Shown piece by piece: positions 18,433 through 28,111 of a stretch of 64,000 nucleotides of DNA. The stretch lies in the sequence record NC_014792.1; one strand, written 5' to 3'. Source of the stretch: Escherichia phage vB_EcoM_VR7. Numbering within the stretch: position 1 is the first letter of the stretch; each line of letters opens with the position of its first letter. The notes below the pieces were generated by a model that searched no databases, was not told where the DNA came from, and worked only from the letters and a program-made list of their open reading frames with translations. The position numbers were made by a program, and so were the translations under genes.

Positions 18433-18792
18433 TTAACCTCGTTTCATGAAGGCATTAAAAATCTGGTCGTCAATAGCAATAGACTGTTCTTGAGCTTTGG
18501 CCCAAACCCCTTCCAGAATGTCATTCGCTTCAGTAGATATCATGACCCCAATTTCAGGATTTCCAGTTATCCAGATTGCGCAATCGCGCACATTCTTTTT
18601 ATCAAATGGATATCCACGAGTATCTTCATAAGGTCCATCCATTACCATAAATGAGCGAGCCTTTATGATAAAATCATCTTTAACGATAATATAACCAATC
18701 GCCTGATTAAACCGAGGCTCACGAAATTCATAATGAGCATTACCATCATTATTGCTGACCAGTTCAAAATCCAGAAAATTATAATAACTCAT
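18433..18792 (-). CDS. hypothetical protein with duplicated C-terminal cassette
   Basis: 119 aa; ends AIDDQIFNAFMKRG; about 45 nt DNA repeat at 3' end. Confidence 0.5.
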   Translation of the reverse strand: MSYYNFLDFELVSNNDGNAHYEFREPRFNQAIGYIIVKDDFIIKARSFMVMDGPYEDTRGYPFDKKNVRDCAIWITGNPEIGVMISTEANDILEGVWAKAQEQSIAIDDQIFNAFMKRG

Positions 18793-18840
18793 ATTAATCT
18801 CGCTTCATAAAGGCATTAAAAATTTGGTCGTCAACTGAAT
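18433..18840 (-). repeat. about 45-nt direct repeat at the 3' ends of two adjacent genes
   Basis: 18433..18480 and 18790..18840 are roughly 85% identical, covering the last 11 codons, the stop and the next start codon. Confidence 0.55.
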
Positions 18841-19231
18841 AAACGGGGGTTTCCAGAATTTTCAAAAGACTGTTTTTGATGTACTTGCTAGGGATACTTG
18901 CATTAATAACATCATCAACTAATTCGCTGTTGTGATTAATATTGTTGAATTCAAACCCTTCAAATGTTACTTTATGAGGAACACCCCCAGAAAACAGATG
19001 TGTCAATTCAATCATTGTATTACGCGTAAGCGGTTTGGTTACCATTTTAGGGAAATCTTTCCACTGATTTAATTCTTTGTTAAGAAGTTTATGAGCAAAT
19101 ACAATTCTATCATCACTATCAACAAGAAAATAACCCAGATATTGAATCTCGTCGCTCCAAAACACCCTGTAGGCCTGTGCATTTGGATTTTTACAACGAA
19201 GTTTTTTGATAACCAAATTTCTGTTAATCAT
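18794..19231 (-). CDS. hypothetical protein with duplicated C-terminal cassette
   Basis: start moved to MINRNL (AGGTGA RBS); ends SVDDQIFNAFMKRD. Confidence 0.5.
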   Translation of the reverse strand: MINRNLVIKKLRCKNPNAQAYRVFWSDEIQYLGYFLVDSDDRIVFAHKLLNKELNQWKDFPKMVTKPLTRNTMIELTHLFSGGVPHKVTFEGFEFNNINHNSELVDDVINASIPSKYIKNSLLKILETPVYSVDDQIFNAFMKRD

Positions 19232-19232
19232 T

Positions 19233-19526
19233 TTATTCACCTGTAACTTCTTTGACGATGTTTTCATTTTCAAAGTTAGGGTCACAATACAACACGTAAT
19301 TATACTGCATAACCCCACCAGATGCCAACTGGTCAGATACTTCTTTGACCTTGTTTAGTTGGTCACGTTTAGTGATGTTCATGATGTCCGCGTAAATCTG
19401 GTGTTCAACTGCTTCCTGGTCAGCGGTCATTGACCACTCACAAAGGTCTTTATCATAACCAGCGGTAACTGGAGCTGCGTGACATGAAGCGAGGACTAAG
19501 ATTGCTGCGATAGATAACTTTTTCAT
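19233..19526 (-). CDS. sp: spackle periplasmic protein
   Basis: 97 aa; signal peptide; GYDKDLCEWSMTADQ and GGVMQYNYVLYCD recalled from T4 Sp. Confidence 0.7.
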   Translation of the reverse strand: MKKLSIAAILVLASCHAAPVTAGYDKDLCEWSMTADQEAVEHQIYADIMNITKRDQLNKVKEVSDQLASGGVMQYNYVLYCDPNFENENIVKEVTGE

Positions 19527-19554
19527 TTGAATCTCCTTAGTAGTTGATGGGATA

Positions 19555-19583
19555 ATATTAAATCATTATTATCCCGTTGTACA
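19555..19583 (-). promoter_or_regulatory. early promoter cassette
   Basis: TGTACA-N17-TAATAT then TATCCCATCAACTACTAAGGAGATTCAAATG. Confidence 0.55.
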
Positions 19584-19586
19584 CAC

Positions 19587-19883
19587 TTATTTTACTTTAG
19601 CGTAATCTAAAGTCACTAACTGCGGTTCCATTGCCAATTGACGTTGACGACGGAGGACTGATGCACGGACATACACGCGAAATGCCTTTTTGCATTGGCG
19701 AATCTGACGCTTAGTTGGACGAACATCAAATTCATAGAATTCTACAAAGTCCATTTGTCCCTTGGTTTGTTGAGAAATAATAAGTTCCCAACGACTGTTT
19801 ACGCGGTCTGCATAAAACTTGTGCTTACCAAAAGACTTGTCCCAAAAACCACTTTTTACGGGTTTCATAATTTGAATAATCAT
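19587..19883 (-). CDS. small basic protein, RPTKRQIR-motif family
   Basis: 98 aa; VRPTKRQIRQCKKAFR. Confidence 0.5.
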   Translation of the reverse strand: MIIQIMKPVKSGFWDKSFGKHKFYADRVNSRWELIISQQTKGQMDFVEFYEFDVRPTKRQIRQCKKAFRVYVRASVLRRQRQLAMEPQLVTLDYAKVK

Positions 19884-20212
19884 TTTTCACCTTCCACAGA
19901 TTGACCAGTCATTTTGTAATATTCTTCGCGAGCATTATATAACGCAAATTCAATATCGCTGATGCAAATTTCTTCATTTTCCAGTTGAGATTCAACTGCC
20001 AGGATTAAACTACGTAGGGCTGCACCTTTACGTAAATCAATTTTATGATGACATTTTCCATTAACAAATGCTTCTACCTTGGCGTTGTGTGTATCCGCAG
20101 TTTTGTGTGCATACCAATGAATCCCAGCAGGATGTAATGACACTACACGATTATAAGCTGGAAAACCCAACGGGGTGATAACCAGAGTCACTTCAACTTT
20201 ATCAGTAATCAT
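19880..20212 (-). CDS. hypothetical protein
   Basis: 110 aa coupled ORF. Confidence 0.5.
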   Translation of the reverse strand: MITDKVEVTLVITPLGFPAYNRVVSLHPAGIHWYAHKTADTHNAKVEAFVNGKCHHKIDLRKGAALRSLILAVESQLENEEICISDIEFALYNAREEYYKMTGQSVEGEK

Positions 20213-20415
20213 TTTGTTTCCTCACTACGCCAATCTGATTCAAAAACTAGATTATCACCAACAAATGCTTTAACTAACGCATTATTAACTTCAGCAAATT
20301 GTGAAGTGACCCACTGGATTTGGTCTTTATCGGATACGTCCAGAGTCATTTCTTTAGTAAACATATTACCATTTTCAAACCAACCAATAAACATAACTTT
20401 GGCTAAATTTCCCAT
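20209..20415 (-). CDS. dmd: Dmd, antitoxin against RnlA/LsoA-type mRNA endonucleases
   Basis: 68 aa; VMFIGWFENGNMFTKEMT...QWVTSQFAEVNNALVKAF matches recalled T4 Dmd. Confidence 0.75.
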   Translation of the reverse strand: MGNLAKVMFIGWFENGNMFTKEMTLDVSDKDQIQWVTSQFAEVNNALVKAFVGDNLVFESDWRSEETK

Positions 20416-20706
20416 TTAGATTTCCTCACAAAAGGCCCATTCAGCATGATAAACTGTTGCGCCAGGGGTTGCATTCATTTGAACCAAGTCTACAGGTGAA
20501 ATCACACGATATAGCTTAGGTTCTCCTCCAATTGAACGTGCTGCACGTCCAGCATAAATCTTCGCCAAACCAATGTCTTCAGTAAAGAACACGCGATTTA
20601 GATTTTTCTTACGACCAGTTTCTGACAGGACTCCAGTTTCTTCTGGAGGACAAAGCATGTTATTGATATTTGCCAGACTGCATGACCCATGATAGAAAGT
20701 TTTCAT
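20416..20706 (-). CDS. hypothetical protein
   Basis: 96 aa; first gene after an early promoter cassette. Confidence 0.5.
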   Translation of the reverse strand: MKTFYHGSCSLANINNMLCPPEETGVLSETGRKKNLNRVFFTEDIGLAKIYAGRAARSIGGEPKLYRVISPVDLVQMNATPGATVYHAEWAFCEEI

Positions 20707-20732
20707 TTTATTCTCCAGTAGTTGATAGGGTC

Positions 20733-20761
20733 ATTATACTATAAAGAAAAGGGGGTGTACA
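20733..20761 (-). promoter_or_regulatory. early promoter cassette, -35 inside a hairpin
   Basis: GGGGGTGTACACCCCC palindrome, then N17-TATAAT-GACCCTATCAACTACTGGAGAATAAAATG. Confidence 0.55.
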
Positions 20762-20774
20762 CCCCCTTTATCAC

Positions 20775-21077
20775 TTATGCCAACTCATAATTGTGCATTG
20801 TCAGACAACGAATTTTTCCAGTAGTTGGGTGCATAACAGTCACACTAATTGTGCAATCATCACACACGTTAACAAAAGGTTCCGCGATAACAAATACTTC
20901 ACCGCCTGCCAACAGATACTCACGAAGGCTTGAGCGAACCGCTGAAGGGTGAACATCGCTTTTGAGCTTTATTAATTTACCGGTTTGAATGCCAGATGCG
21001 ATAAGAGCAGCACAGGTTTCATCACGGCGAGCGAATTGTCCAAAGTAGTAACGATTCATGTCGGTTTGATTAAACAT
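20775..21077 (-). CDS. hypothetical protein
   Basis: 100 aa. Confidence 0.5.
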   Translation of the reverse strand: MFNQTDMNRYYFGQFARRDETCAALIASGIQTGKLIKLKSDVHPSAVRSSLREYLLAGGEVFVIAEPFVNVCDDCTISVTVMHPTTGKIRCLTMHNYELA

Positions 21078-21128
21078 ATGGTTTTCCTTTTTAGTGGGTT
21101 GGTTTATTGTGTAACTCAGTATGGAATC

Positions 21129-21157
21129 ATTATGCCCTAGTAGAATTCAGTTGTACA
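21129..21157 (-). promoter_or_regulatory. early promoter cassette (GATTCCATACTGAGTTAC class)
   Basis: TGTACA-N17-CATAAT-GATTCCATACTGAGTTAC. Confidence 0.55.
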
Positions 21158-21164
21158 CCCCTTT

Positions 21165-21195
21165 TTAAAATAAAAAAGGACCCGAAGGTCCTTGT
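21165..21195 (-). terminator. UUCG-tetraloop terminator downstream of gp41
   Basis: aggacc-cgaa-ggtcct with A/T runs. Confidence 0.6.
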
Positions 21196-22634
21196 TAGAA
21201 TTTCATCTGTGCCGCAAGGTCGTCCAGGTCGCTCCTGTTGACCCTGGTTTGTCTATTCATTTCAGCCTGACGATTCATCTCACCAGTGGCTTCTTTCACC
21301 GTAGGGCCTTGTTTAGGAGCTGAATCATCATCAACCTCATACCAGCGCTGATTACCTTTCTTAACACCCATCTTGAATTTATTATAGTAGTTCTTATCGC
21401 CATAACGAGACTTAAGCTGTTTGATTAACTGCAGTCCCATTTGAGCGAATTCTTCGGTCTCAACAACACCCAACATAAAGTCAGCCGTGTGCGCAATACC
21501 AAAGGATTCTGCGATGTCAGCCATGTCAATCTCAGCTGCAACGTTCGCGCCCCTGGTTGTCTGTGCTGCAGTCCACAGGACCACATTTTTCTCGACCGCC
21601 AGACCACGAAGTTCTTCTGCAACCATCTTAATCAGGCCGTAACTGTTTTCGGTAAACGTTTTCAGTCTTGAGCTTGCGCAGATTGCCAGGTAGTCAACAA
21701 TAATCACATCCGGTACAAATCCTTGCTTCAGTTTGTACTCGTTCAGTAATGCACGGAAGGTATCCGCATGCGCACCCCCAGTTGGATATTGTTTTATCTT
21801 CAGAGTCCCGAGAGTCCCGGAAGCGCGCCATTTTTCCATTTTACTTTTGTATTCTGCCCATGATATATGACCTTCATCAATATCATCCAGAGATACATCC
21901 AGCAAGTTGGCATCAATACGTTTGGCACATACTTCTTCAGCCATTTCCATGCTTATATAAAGAACATTATGGCCAGTCTGAAGATAGTCAGCAGCTAACG
22001 AACAAAGTCCCAGAGATTTACCAACGTTTGTCCCGGCCAGTAAAACGTTCTCTGTTCCATACTCAACTCCGCCCTTCGTGATTTTATTCAGGATGTTAAT
22101 ACGGAACGGAACTTTCTTCGATTTGTTTAGATAAGTCTGGAATCGAGCTTCGTAATCGTTTAACCAGTCATGACCCAGAGCAGAGTCAAAACAGATAGAC
22201 AATGCATCGCGCATGATGTCAGGGATAGCACCAATATCCGGGATTCGTTTATCACGTTTATCTTTCGGAAGTTCGGCATTACTCTGAATTTCGATAATCC
22301 TGGATGTTGCATTGAACATCGCAGATTTCTGCACATACTTCTCGGTTTCTTTAACCAACCATTCCTGGTCTTCTGGAGTATCAGCCAGGACTCCTAAAAG
22401 TTTCTTTGTGCCTTCATATTCAACTTCAGAAAGGTCAGAACCGTCGAGTGCGATATCAAGTGCAGTCTTAGTTGGAACTGCTTGATATTCTTTTACATGT
22501 TCGTTAATCGTATTAAAAAGGGTCTTCGCAGGACCCTTTTCAAAATATGTGTTATTCAGATATGGCCAGACTTTAACAAAATATTCCTTGTTAAAGAGTA
22601 GCTGGGATAAAATAGTTTCTACCACTTCCACCAC
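21195..22634 (-). CDS. 41: replicative DNA helicase (DnaB-like)
   Basis: 479 aa; Walker A AGTNVGKSLGL; track start is likely GTG; strong resemblance to recalled T4 gp41. Confidence 0.9.
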   Translation of the reverse strand: MVEVVETILSQLLFNKEYFVKVWPYLNNTYFEKGPAKTLFNTINEHVKEYQAVPTKTALDIALDGSDLSEVEYEGTKKLLGVLADTPEDQEWLVKETEKYVQKSAMFNATSRIIEIQSNAELPKDKRDKRIPDIGAIPDIMRDALSICFDSALGHDWLNDYEARFQTYLNKSKKVPFRINILNKITKGGVEYGTENVLLAGTNVGKSLGLCSLAADYLQTGHNVLYISMEMAEEVCAKRIDANLLDVSLDDIDEGHISWAEYKSKMEKWRASGTLGTLKIKQYPTGGAHADTFRALLNEYKLKQGFVPDVIIVDYLAICASSRLKTFTENSYGLIKMVAEELRGLAVEKNVVLWTAAQTTRGANVAAEIDMADIAESFGIAHTADFMLGVVETEEFAQMGLQLIKQLKSRYGDKNYYNKFKMGVKKGNQRWYEVDDDSAPKQGPTVKEATGEMNRQAEMNRQTRVNRSDLDDLAAQMKF

Positions 22635-22963
22635 CTCTTTTTCATTTTAATCTTATCAATTTCATCTTGTATTTGCATTGTAACACACTTTTCTACATGC
22701 ACTGCAAGCTCCGCTTTGCGGTCTTCAGAAGGGGTGCCGAAATCAACTGAAACTTTTCCAGATGGTTCAATTTTAATTCCGGTTACGTACACAATGTGAC
22801 TGGACCCATCGGGAAGTGATAACAGAATTTCCTGTCGTACAGTTCCCATGGATTGCCGGATAATCTCCAAACTTTTTTCGTAGTAAGGTACAGAAGGAGC
22901 CTTAGCTCCCTCCGCATCTTTCTCGAAATTATCTAAATCAGATAAATCGATATCATTCATCAA
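22619..22963 (-). CDS. hypothetical protein in gene 40 position
   Basis: 114 aa between uvsX and gp41; C-terminal KKRWWKW; position only. Confidence 0.45.
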   Translation of the reverse strand: MMNDIDLSDLDNFEKDAEGAKAPSVPYYEKSLEIIRQSMGTVRQEILLSLPDGSSHIVYVTGIKIEPSGKVSVDFGTPSEDRKAELAVHVEKCVTMQIQDEIDKIKMKKRWWKW

Positions 22964-24131
22964 GGTCTTCCATCATATCTAAATCGTTTTCGATATCTGC
23001 CGCAGATGGTTTTGTCTTACCTACCGGAGCAGAGTATTTTTCAACCTTGGAGGCAATAAGCTCATCAACTTCGGCATCAACAACAGCATTGCTATCGATT
23101 GCACCCAGCTGGTAATGACGTTTGATTGCATCACGGAAAGGTTCGTGCTTGAACAGTGGGCCCCAGAATTCGGTGCAGTTGGTATCTTTTGCGCGCCATG
23201 ATTTTTCTTCGCGGACCATTTCACCGGTCTCAACATCAAGATATTCACGGTTATACCAACCAACTTTCGGTTTCACCACAAATCCGATTTCCATTGCCAT
23301 ATCAAGCAGGCCAGAATACGGGTCAATACCCCCATCAAATTTTACATCAATGAAGAATTTGCTTTTCTCTTTGACCATACGAGATTTTTCGGCGTTCAGA
23401 ACAAATTGGAAACCTTCCAACTCTTTACCAGTTTCTTTAATCTGGCGTTTACCGATAATGAATACGGTGTCCGCAGAATACATAACACCTGTACCACCAG
23501 TCATAACGGTTTTGCTATACATCTCAATCGTCTCGATTGTATGGTTAACCGCGACACAAGGAATATCCTTGATACTAAAGAACGGGGTTACAATACGGAA
23601 CAGAGATTTCAGGGATTTAGCACGAGTCATATCGCCGACGACTTTTTCGTTCAATGCATCTTCTGTTTCTTTTTTCGATGCCATGTTACCGATTGAGTCA
23701 ATAAAGATAATGACTTTTTCGCCACGCTCAATTGCTTCAAGCTGGTTAACCATATCAACTTTCAATTGTTCAACCGACTGGATTGGTGTATGAATAACAC
23801 GTTCCGGGTCTACTTTCATTGCACGAAGATATGCTTCTGTGATACCAAATTCTGAATCATAGAACAAACAGATTGCTTCGGGGTATTTGTTCATATATGC
23901 AGAGACCATCGTTAAACCCATATTGGATTTAAAGTGTTTTGACGGACCAGCAAAAATAGTCAAACCTGACTGCATACCACCATCTAGTGCACCGCTGATT
24001 GCAATGTTCAGCATCGGGATTTTTGTACGAACTACATCTTTATCATTAAAGAACTTGGACTTGGTAAGAGTCGCGGTCATTTTGGATGTAGAAGCTTTAA
24101 TCAAACGGGATTTCAAATCTGCAATAGACAT
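22953..24131 (-). CDS. uvsX: UvsX recombinase (RecA-like)
   Basis: 392 aa; Walker A GPSKHFKS; RecA-like core. Confidence 0.9.
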   Translation of the reverse strand: MSIADLKSRLIKASTSKMTATLTKSKFFNDKDVVRTKIPMLNIAISGALDGGMQSGLTIFAGPSKHFKSNMGLTMVSAYMNKYPEAICLFYDSEFGITEAYLRAMKVDPERVIHTPIQSVEQLKVDMVNQLEAIERGEKVIIFIDSIGNMASKKETEDALNEKVVGDMTRAKSLKSLFRIVTPFFSIKDIPCVAVNHTIETIEMYSKTVMTGGTGVMYSADTVFIIGKRQIKETGKELEGFQFVLNAEKSRMVKEKSKFFIDVKFDGGIDPYSGLLDMAMEIGFVVKPKVGWYNREYLDVETGEMVREEKSWRAKDTNCTEFWGPLFKHEPFRDAIKRHYQLGAIDSNAVVDAEVDELIASKVEKYSAPVGKTKPSAADIENDLDMMEDLDE

Positions 24132-24210
24132 TCATTTTTTCCATAGGCACCATTATATTTTTCTCACAGGTTTAAGATAGGATAATTATATCACTGTATT
24201 TTTAGAGCAA

Positions 24211-24339
24211 TTAACGATTGAATCCACGATTAATTGCACGTTCAACAATCTTCCGGGTCTGACGTTTGTCCCACCAGTACATAAAGCCAATACCAAATGC
24301 AGACAACAGCCATAGACTAATCAATAGCATACCAATCAT
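24211..24339 (-). CDS. small membrane peptide
   Basis: about 42 aa, MIGMLLISLWLLSAFGIGFMYWW...; approximate. Confidence 0.3.
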   Translation of the reverse strand: MIGMLLISLWLLSAFGIGFMYWWDKRQTRKIVERAINRGFNR

Positions 24340-24372
24340 AATATTTTTCTCTCGGTTGTTTAGAAATTAATG

Positions 24373-24876
24373 TTAGTTAATACCTTGACGAGCTTTCTCT
24401 TTAGCTACACATTTATTAATATAGCTCAGACGGTTTTGAGCAGAACGCTGATACATATCGCGATACTCATTAGCCTTAGGAGAACCCGTCTCTGCTGCCT
24501 GATAAGCTTCCGCACGCATGATGTTTATCTGCATATTGATGTATGACATGCAGACCTGTGAAATCTGGTTAACAGTATCCAGGTCATTTTGTCGCTTGGT
24601 TTCTGCTTCCAGTTTGGCAATGATTTCGTCATGCTTCGCAGCTTGTTCGCGTTTGTACTCAATTTCACGTTGAGCATATTTTGCGCAATTGTTTCCACAT
24701 TGATTATTGGCGCGTTTGTAGATAAGTCCAGTGCCACCTTTGAAATCAAAGGAACCATTATGCACCTGACGGTCTGCAGCAATTCGCGCTTTACCAATCT
24801 CACTGGCATTAACTACATCACCCTGGTAAGCACAACCAGATAGCAGCATAACAGCTGCGATAGCTAACTTTTTCAT
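24373..24876 (-). CDS. putative lipoprotein
   Basis: start moved to MKKLAIAAVMLLSGC (lipobox); occupies the beta-gt/42 slot. Confidence 0.5.
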   Translation of the reverse strand: MKKLAIAAVMLLSGCAYQGDVVNASEIGKARIAADRQVHNGSFDFKGGTGLIYKRANNQCGNNCAKYAQREIEYKREQAAKHDEIIAKLEAETKRQNDLDTVNQISQVCMSYINMQINIMRAEAYQAAETGSPKANEYRDMYQRSAQNRLSYINKCVAKEKARQGIN

Positions 24877-24884
24877 TTTATTTC

Positions 24885-25028
24885 CTAATTGAAACATTCA
24901 TAACGGGCTTGGAGCCCCAAAAATACCCAACCCAAAATTAAAGTTGGAACCATATGCGGAGTCATTATTGCCCAATAGATTGACATACTAAAAAATGCAA
25001 TCAGTACAATAATTGTAATTATCTTCAT
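24885..25028 (-). CDS. small membrane peptide
   Basis: about 47 aa, MKIITIIVLIAFFSMSIYW...; ATGA overlap with upstream stop; approximate. Confidence 0.3.
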   Translation of the reverse strand: MKIITIIVLIAFFSMSIYWAIMTPHMVPTLILGWVFLGLQARYECFN

Positions 25029-25267
25029 TTGGTTTCCTTGATGATAATTACTTGTGCGTTTGATTTACGTTCAGCAACGAGTGCCCAAATCAATGCAATT
25101 ACCCAACCAATCATCGTCCACCCAAACAGAAGGTTGATGAAAAAGATTCCGACATTGCTTCGGGTGCCACGCAGTAATGCGATAATCCACGGTAGAAAAT
25201 ATGCCAATGCAGCCAAGAATAAAGAACCAGCGCCAAGAACAAAAGTACCCGCAATTATTGTTTCCAT
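25025..25267 (-). CDS. small membrane protein, possibly Imm-like
   Basis: 80 aa, two hydrophobic helices; position just downstream of gp43 as T4 imm. Confidence 0.4.
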   Translation of the reverse strand: METIIAGTFVLGAGSLFLAALAYFLPWIIALLRGTRSNVGIFFINLLFGWTMIGWVIALIWALVAERKSNAQVIIIKETK

Positions 25268-25312
25268 TTTAATATCCTCAAGTTTGTCTAGTCATCAGTA
25301 GTTGATGAAAGA

Positions 25313-25341
25313 ATAATACGGCAATCCATTGCCGTTGTAAA
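25313..25341 (-). promoter_or_regulatory. early promoter cassette
   Basis: TTTACA-N17-TATTAT then TCTTTCATCAACTACTGATGA. Confidence 0.5.
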
Positions 25342-25344
25342 CAC

Positions 25345-28059
25345 TTAAAAGTCAAACATATCAAAAAGAGTTGCTTTCTTTTCGTAATCAACCTTTGCAG
25401 CTTCAGAGAAACCTGTCAATGGCTTAACAAAAGTCTTCTGGAACAGTGTGTTGTAGTCCATCCATTGCAAGACCTGGTCGCGGATTTCAATCGGGAGTTC
25501 AATCCCTGATGGCCATGCAATCACAGTTTCACCAAACGGGTTACCGACTTTAAGAGGAAGCACATACACTTTTTCCCCTTCCATGATTTGCGGAACAGTC
25601 TTCAGACCTTTAGTTGCACGCATATAAGCGAGCACACCTTTGATATGAGCCGGGCACTTAAATCCAGGGAAACCACCTTCGTTATATTTCTGGATGTTGT
25701 TAACCGATGATACACCCGCGATGGTCATGTAGTTAAGCTCATTAAATTCCTTGTTGAATTCCTTGAAGTATGTCTGCAGAGATTCTTCACCTTCTTGCAG
25801 CATACGGCGGATACATTCTTTCAGGGCTTTCTGACATGCCTTTGGAGTACTCGACTTTTGAGTTTCCAGACCCATGATTTTTAGTTTCGGAACAGCATAT
25901 CGTGTGCCTTCCATATCATATACGTTCAGTGCATAACGCTTCTTCGCTGTCCAGAAACCGCCAACACCTTTAGAACCCAGCGGTGGACATGCAATTGCTT
26001 CACGGTCCATAAACATAAGGTGCTGTTTGTTGTTCATGTATTCAGCCAGTTCACGGAAAGCTTTATCGATTGCCGGTTCCAGGCGGTCTTTTGCAAACTT
26101 GTCCATGAAGTCAACCAGGTGGTTTGTATCACGGAATTTAGATTCGCCACCAACCTTTTTAATCAGGTTATCGCACTGGATATAAATGGAGTCAGTATCA
26201 CCATAGAATACGTACGTCTCACCACTTGTACCACACACACCATCAAAGTATTCGTTAACTTTACGTTCAATCCACTGCAATGCCAACTGACCGAAAGATG
26301 TAATCGCAGTTGCATTTCGCAGGTCAAAGTAACGGAACCAGATATTACCCAGAGCACCATAACAGCTGTTGATAAGCAGTTTACGGTTAATCTGCGCGGT
26401 CATGCCAGCAACTTCTTCCATCTGTGCTTTATACAGCATACCGTTCAGGACGGTTTGATTCAGACCATGTAAGGTTGTTTTCATATTGTCATCAAAGTCA
26501 TGACGATAATCAACTTCTGGTTCGGTTGTGCCAGTTCCTGGATTACTCAGAGCTTCCTTAATCAGTTCACCATTACGTTGGGCAGCAAGCATATAACCTT
26601 TGTGTTCTTTTCGTTGATTAAAAACTTTCTCAACTTCTGTCGGAATAATACCCGCAACATCTTTAAAATACATCATACCATTTGGCGCGCAACTAAATGC
26701 ATCAGATGGCCGGTCAGCAGTTCCTGCGATGTATTCGTGCATATGGGCTGGTGCAAATGACCCGGCAATCGTTTCTGGACTGATGTTAATCTGTCGGATG
26801 ATGCTCGGATAAAGAGATGTTAAGTCGCAGCTCATTACATATTTGTATGCGTTCGGAATCGGTTCCTTAACAAATGCACCAGGGAACGATTGACGAACAT
26901 GCGATTTAGTTTCAGGGATAACCTTGTTTTGAGTCTTCAGGCTGTTAAAGATAATCGCATCCCAAGTTTTGATTGGGCTGAATACAGACTGAATCTGCAT
27001 CTTTGCATAATAACCCATCGATTGGCTCAGGTTAATGAACTGTCGCTTACGGTCAATCTGCACAACACGATAAACGTCAATGATGTTATAGCTGATGTAA
27101 CGTTGGTGATTGGATTCACGCAGTTTAGAAATCGGGCCATCATACGGGAGTTTACCAACACCCAGCTCAGATTCCGCAACATAGTCCAACGAGTAAGATG
27201 GTTGGTTTGTGAAGCTGAACTTTTTGTACAGGTCCAGATAATCCAGAACAGAGACACCCAGAATCTGAATGATTTCTTGTTCTTCACCAAAGCCGTTGTT
27301 AATGACCTTAACTTTTGTACGACGATGTGGGCTCAGACGTTTGGCCGTAGCTTCACCAAATACATTTTTAAGGCGGTTGTAGATATATGGAATATCAAAT
27401 TTCTCGATGTTCCAACCAGTTAACATAACCGGAGTTTTCTCGTTCCAGAATACCAAATACTGCTGGAGCATTTCTTCTTCTGAATCAAATGCCATATAAA
27501 CAATTTTTTCAAGGATTTCACTCGGGACTTCATCACCACCATCTTCCTGCAGCTTAGCAGCAATATCAATAGACCATTGCTCCACAGTAGCGTATGGTGA
27601 GCCCAAAAGGTCAAAGACATAGAATTTATCGTCTACCGAATCATAGTGCGTCAGGGCATCAATAGGGTGACGTGCTTCAGACGGCTCAGGGAACCCATCA
27701 GGAGATGTCACCTCGATATCGAAGTTAGCAACACGGATTTTACTTGAATCGTATTTGATTTCATGTGGGTAACGGTCGCTCAGGTATGCGAGTTTGAAAT
27801 CGTCCATACCCATAGCTTCGAGGCCCATATCGTTCATGCGCTTCATCCACTGGGATGCATCACGCATGGAATCAAACTCTTTTTTCACACAGCCTTTATT
27901 ATAGATGTCTGAATATTTTGTTGCTTGGCCTTCACGAGCGTGCATAAAGAGACAAGGAGTATATGGAATTTCACGGGTTCGCTCATTACCATTCTTGTCA
28001 ATATAACGTTCGTGAAGATTATCGCCGATTTGTTCGATAGTTAAATAAAATTCTTGCAT
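25345..28059 (-). CDS. 43: DNA polymerase (family B)
   Basis: 904 aa; exonuclease FDIE, polymerase YGDTDS motif. Confidence 0.95.
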   Translation of the reverse strand: MQEFYLTIEQIGDNLHERYIDKNGNERTREIPYTPCLFMHAREGQATKYSDIYNKGCVKKEFDSMRDASQWMKRMNDMGLEAMGMDDFKLAYLSDRYPHEIKYDSSKIRVANFDIEVTSPDGFPEPSEARHPIDALTHYDSVDDKFYVFDLLGSPYATVEQWSIDIAAKLQEDGGDEVPSEILEKIVYMAFDSEEEMLQQYLVFWNEKTPVMLTGWNIEKFDIPYIYNRLKNVFGEATAKRLSPHRRTKVKVINNGFGEEQEIIQILGVSVLDYLDLYKKFSFTNQPSYSLDYVAESELGVGKLPYDGPISKLRESNHQRYISYNIIDVYRVVQIDRKRQFINLSQSMGYYAKMQIQSVFSPIKTWDAIIFNSLKTQNKVIPETKSHVRQSFPGAFVKEPIPNAYKYVMSCDLTSLYPSIIRQINISPETIAGSFAPAHMHEYIAGTADRPSDAFSCAPNGMMYFKDVAGIIPTEVEKVFNQRKEHKGYMLAAQRNGELIKEALSNPGTGTTEPEVDYRHDFDDNMKTTLHGLNQTVLNGMLYKAQMEEVAGMTAQINRKLLINSCYGALGNIWFRYFDLRNATAITSFGQLALQWIERKVNEYFDGVCGTSGETYVFYGDTDSIYIQCDNLIKKVGGESKFRDTNHLVDFMDKFAKDRLEPAIDKAFRELAEYMNNKQHLMFMDREAIACPPLGSKGVGGFWTAKKRYALNVYDMEGTRYAVPKLKIMGLETQKSSTPKACQKALKECIRRMLQEGEESLQTYFKEFNKEFNELNYMTIAGVSSVNNIQKYNEGGFPGFKCPAHIKGVLAYMRATKGLKTVPQIMEGEKVYVLPLKVGNPFGETVIAWPSGIELPIEIRDQVLQWMDYNTLFQKTFVKPLTGFSEAAKVDYEKKATLFDMFDF

Positions 28060-28111
28060 TTGGTTTCCTTTATAGTCGAGTGATTGACTTTTGTTTGTAT
28101 GGCTATTATAC

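Noticed and set aside
23122-23793. 223-aa plus-strand ORF
   Set aside because: It lies entirely antisense inside uvsX, is Ser/Ile-rich low-complexity and has no RBS; a spurious antisense frame.
26020-27423. Plus-strand ORFs of 150 and 177 aa
   Set aside because: Both are antisense within the DNA polymerase gene 43 and lack start context; spurious.
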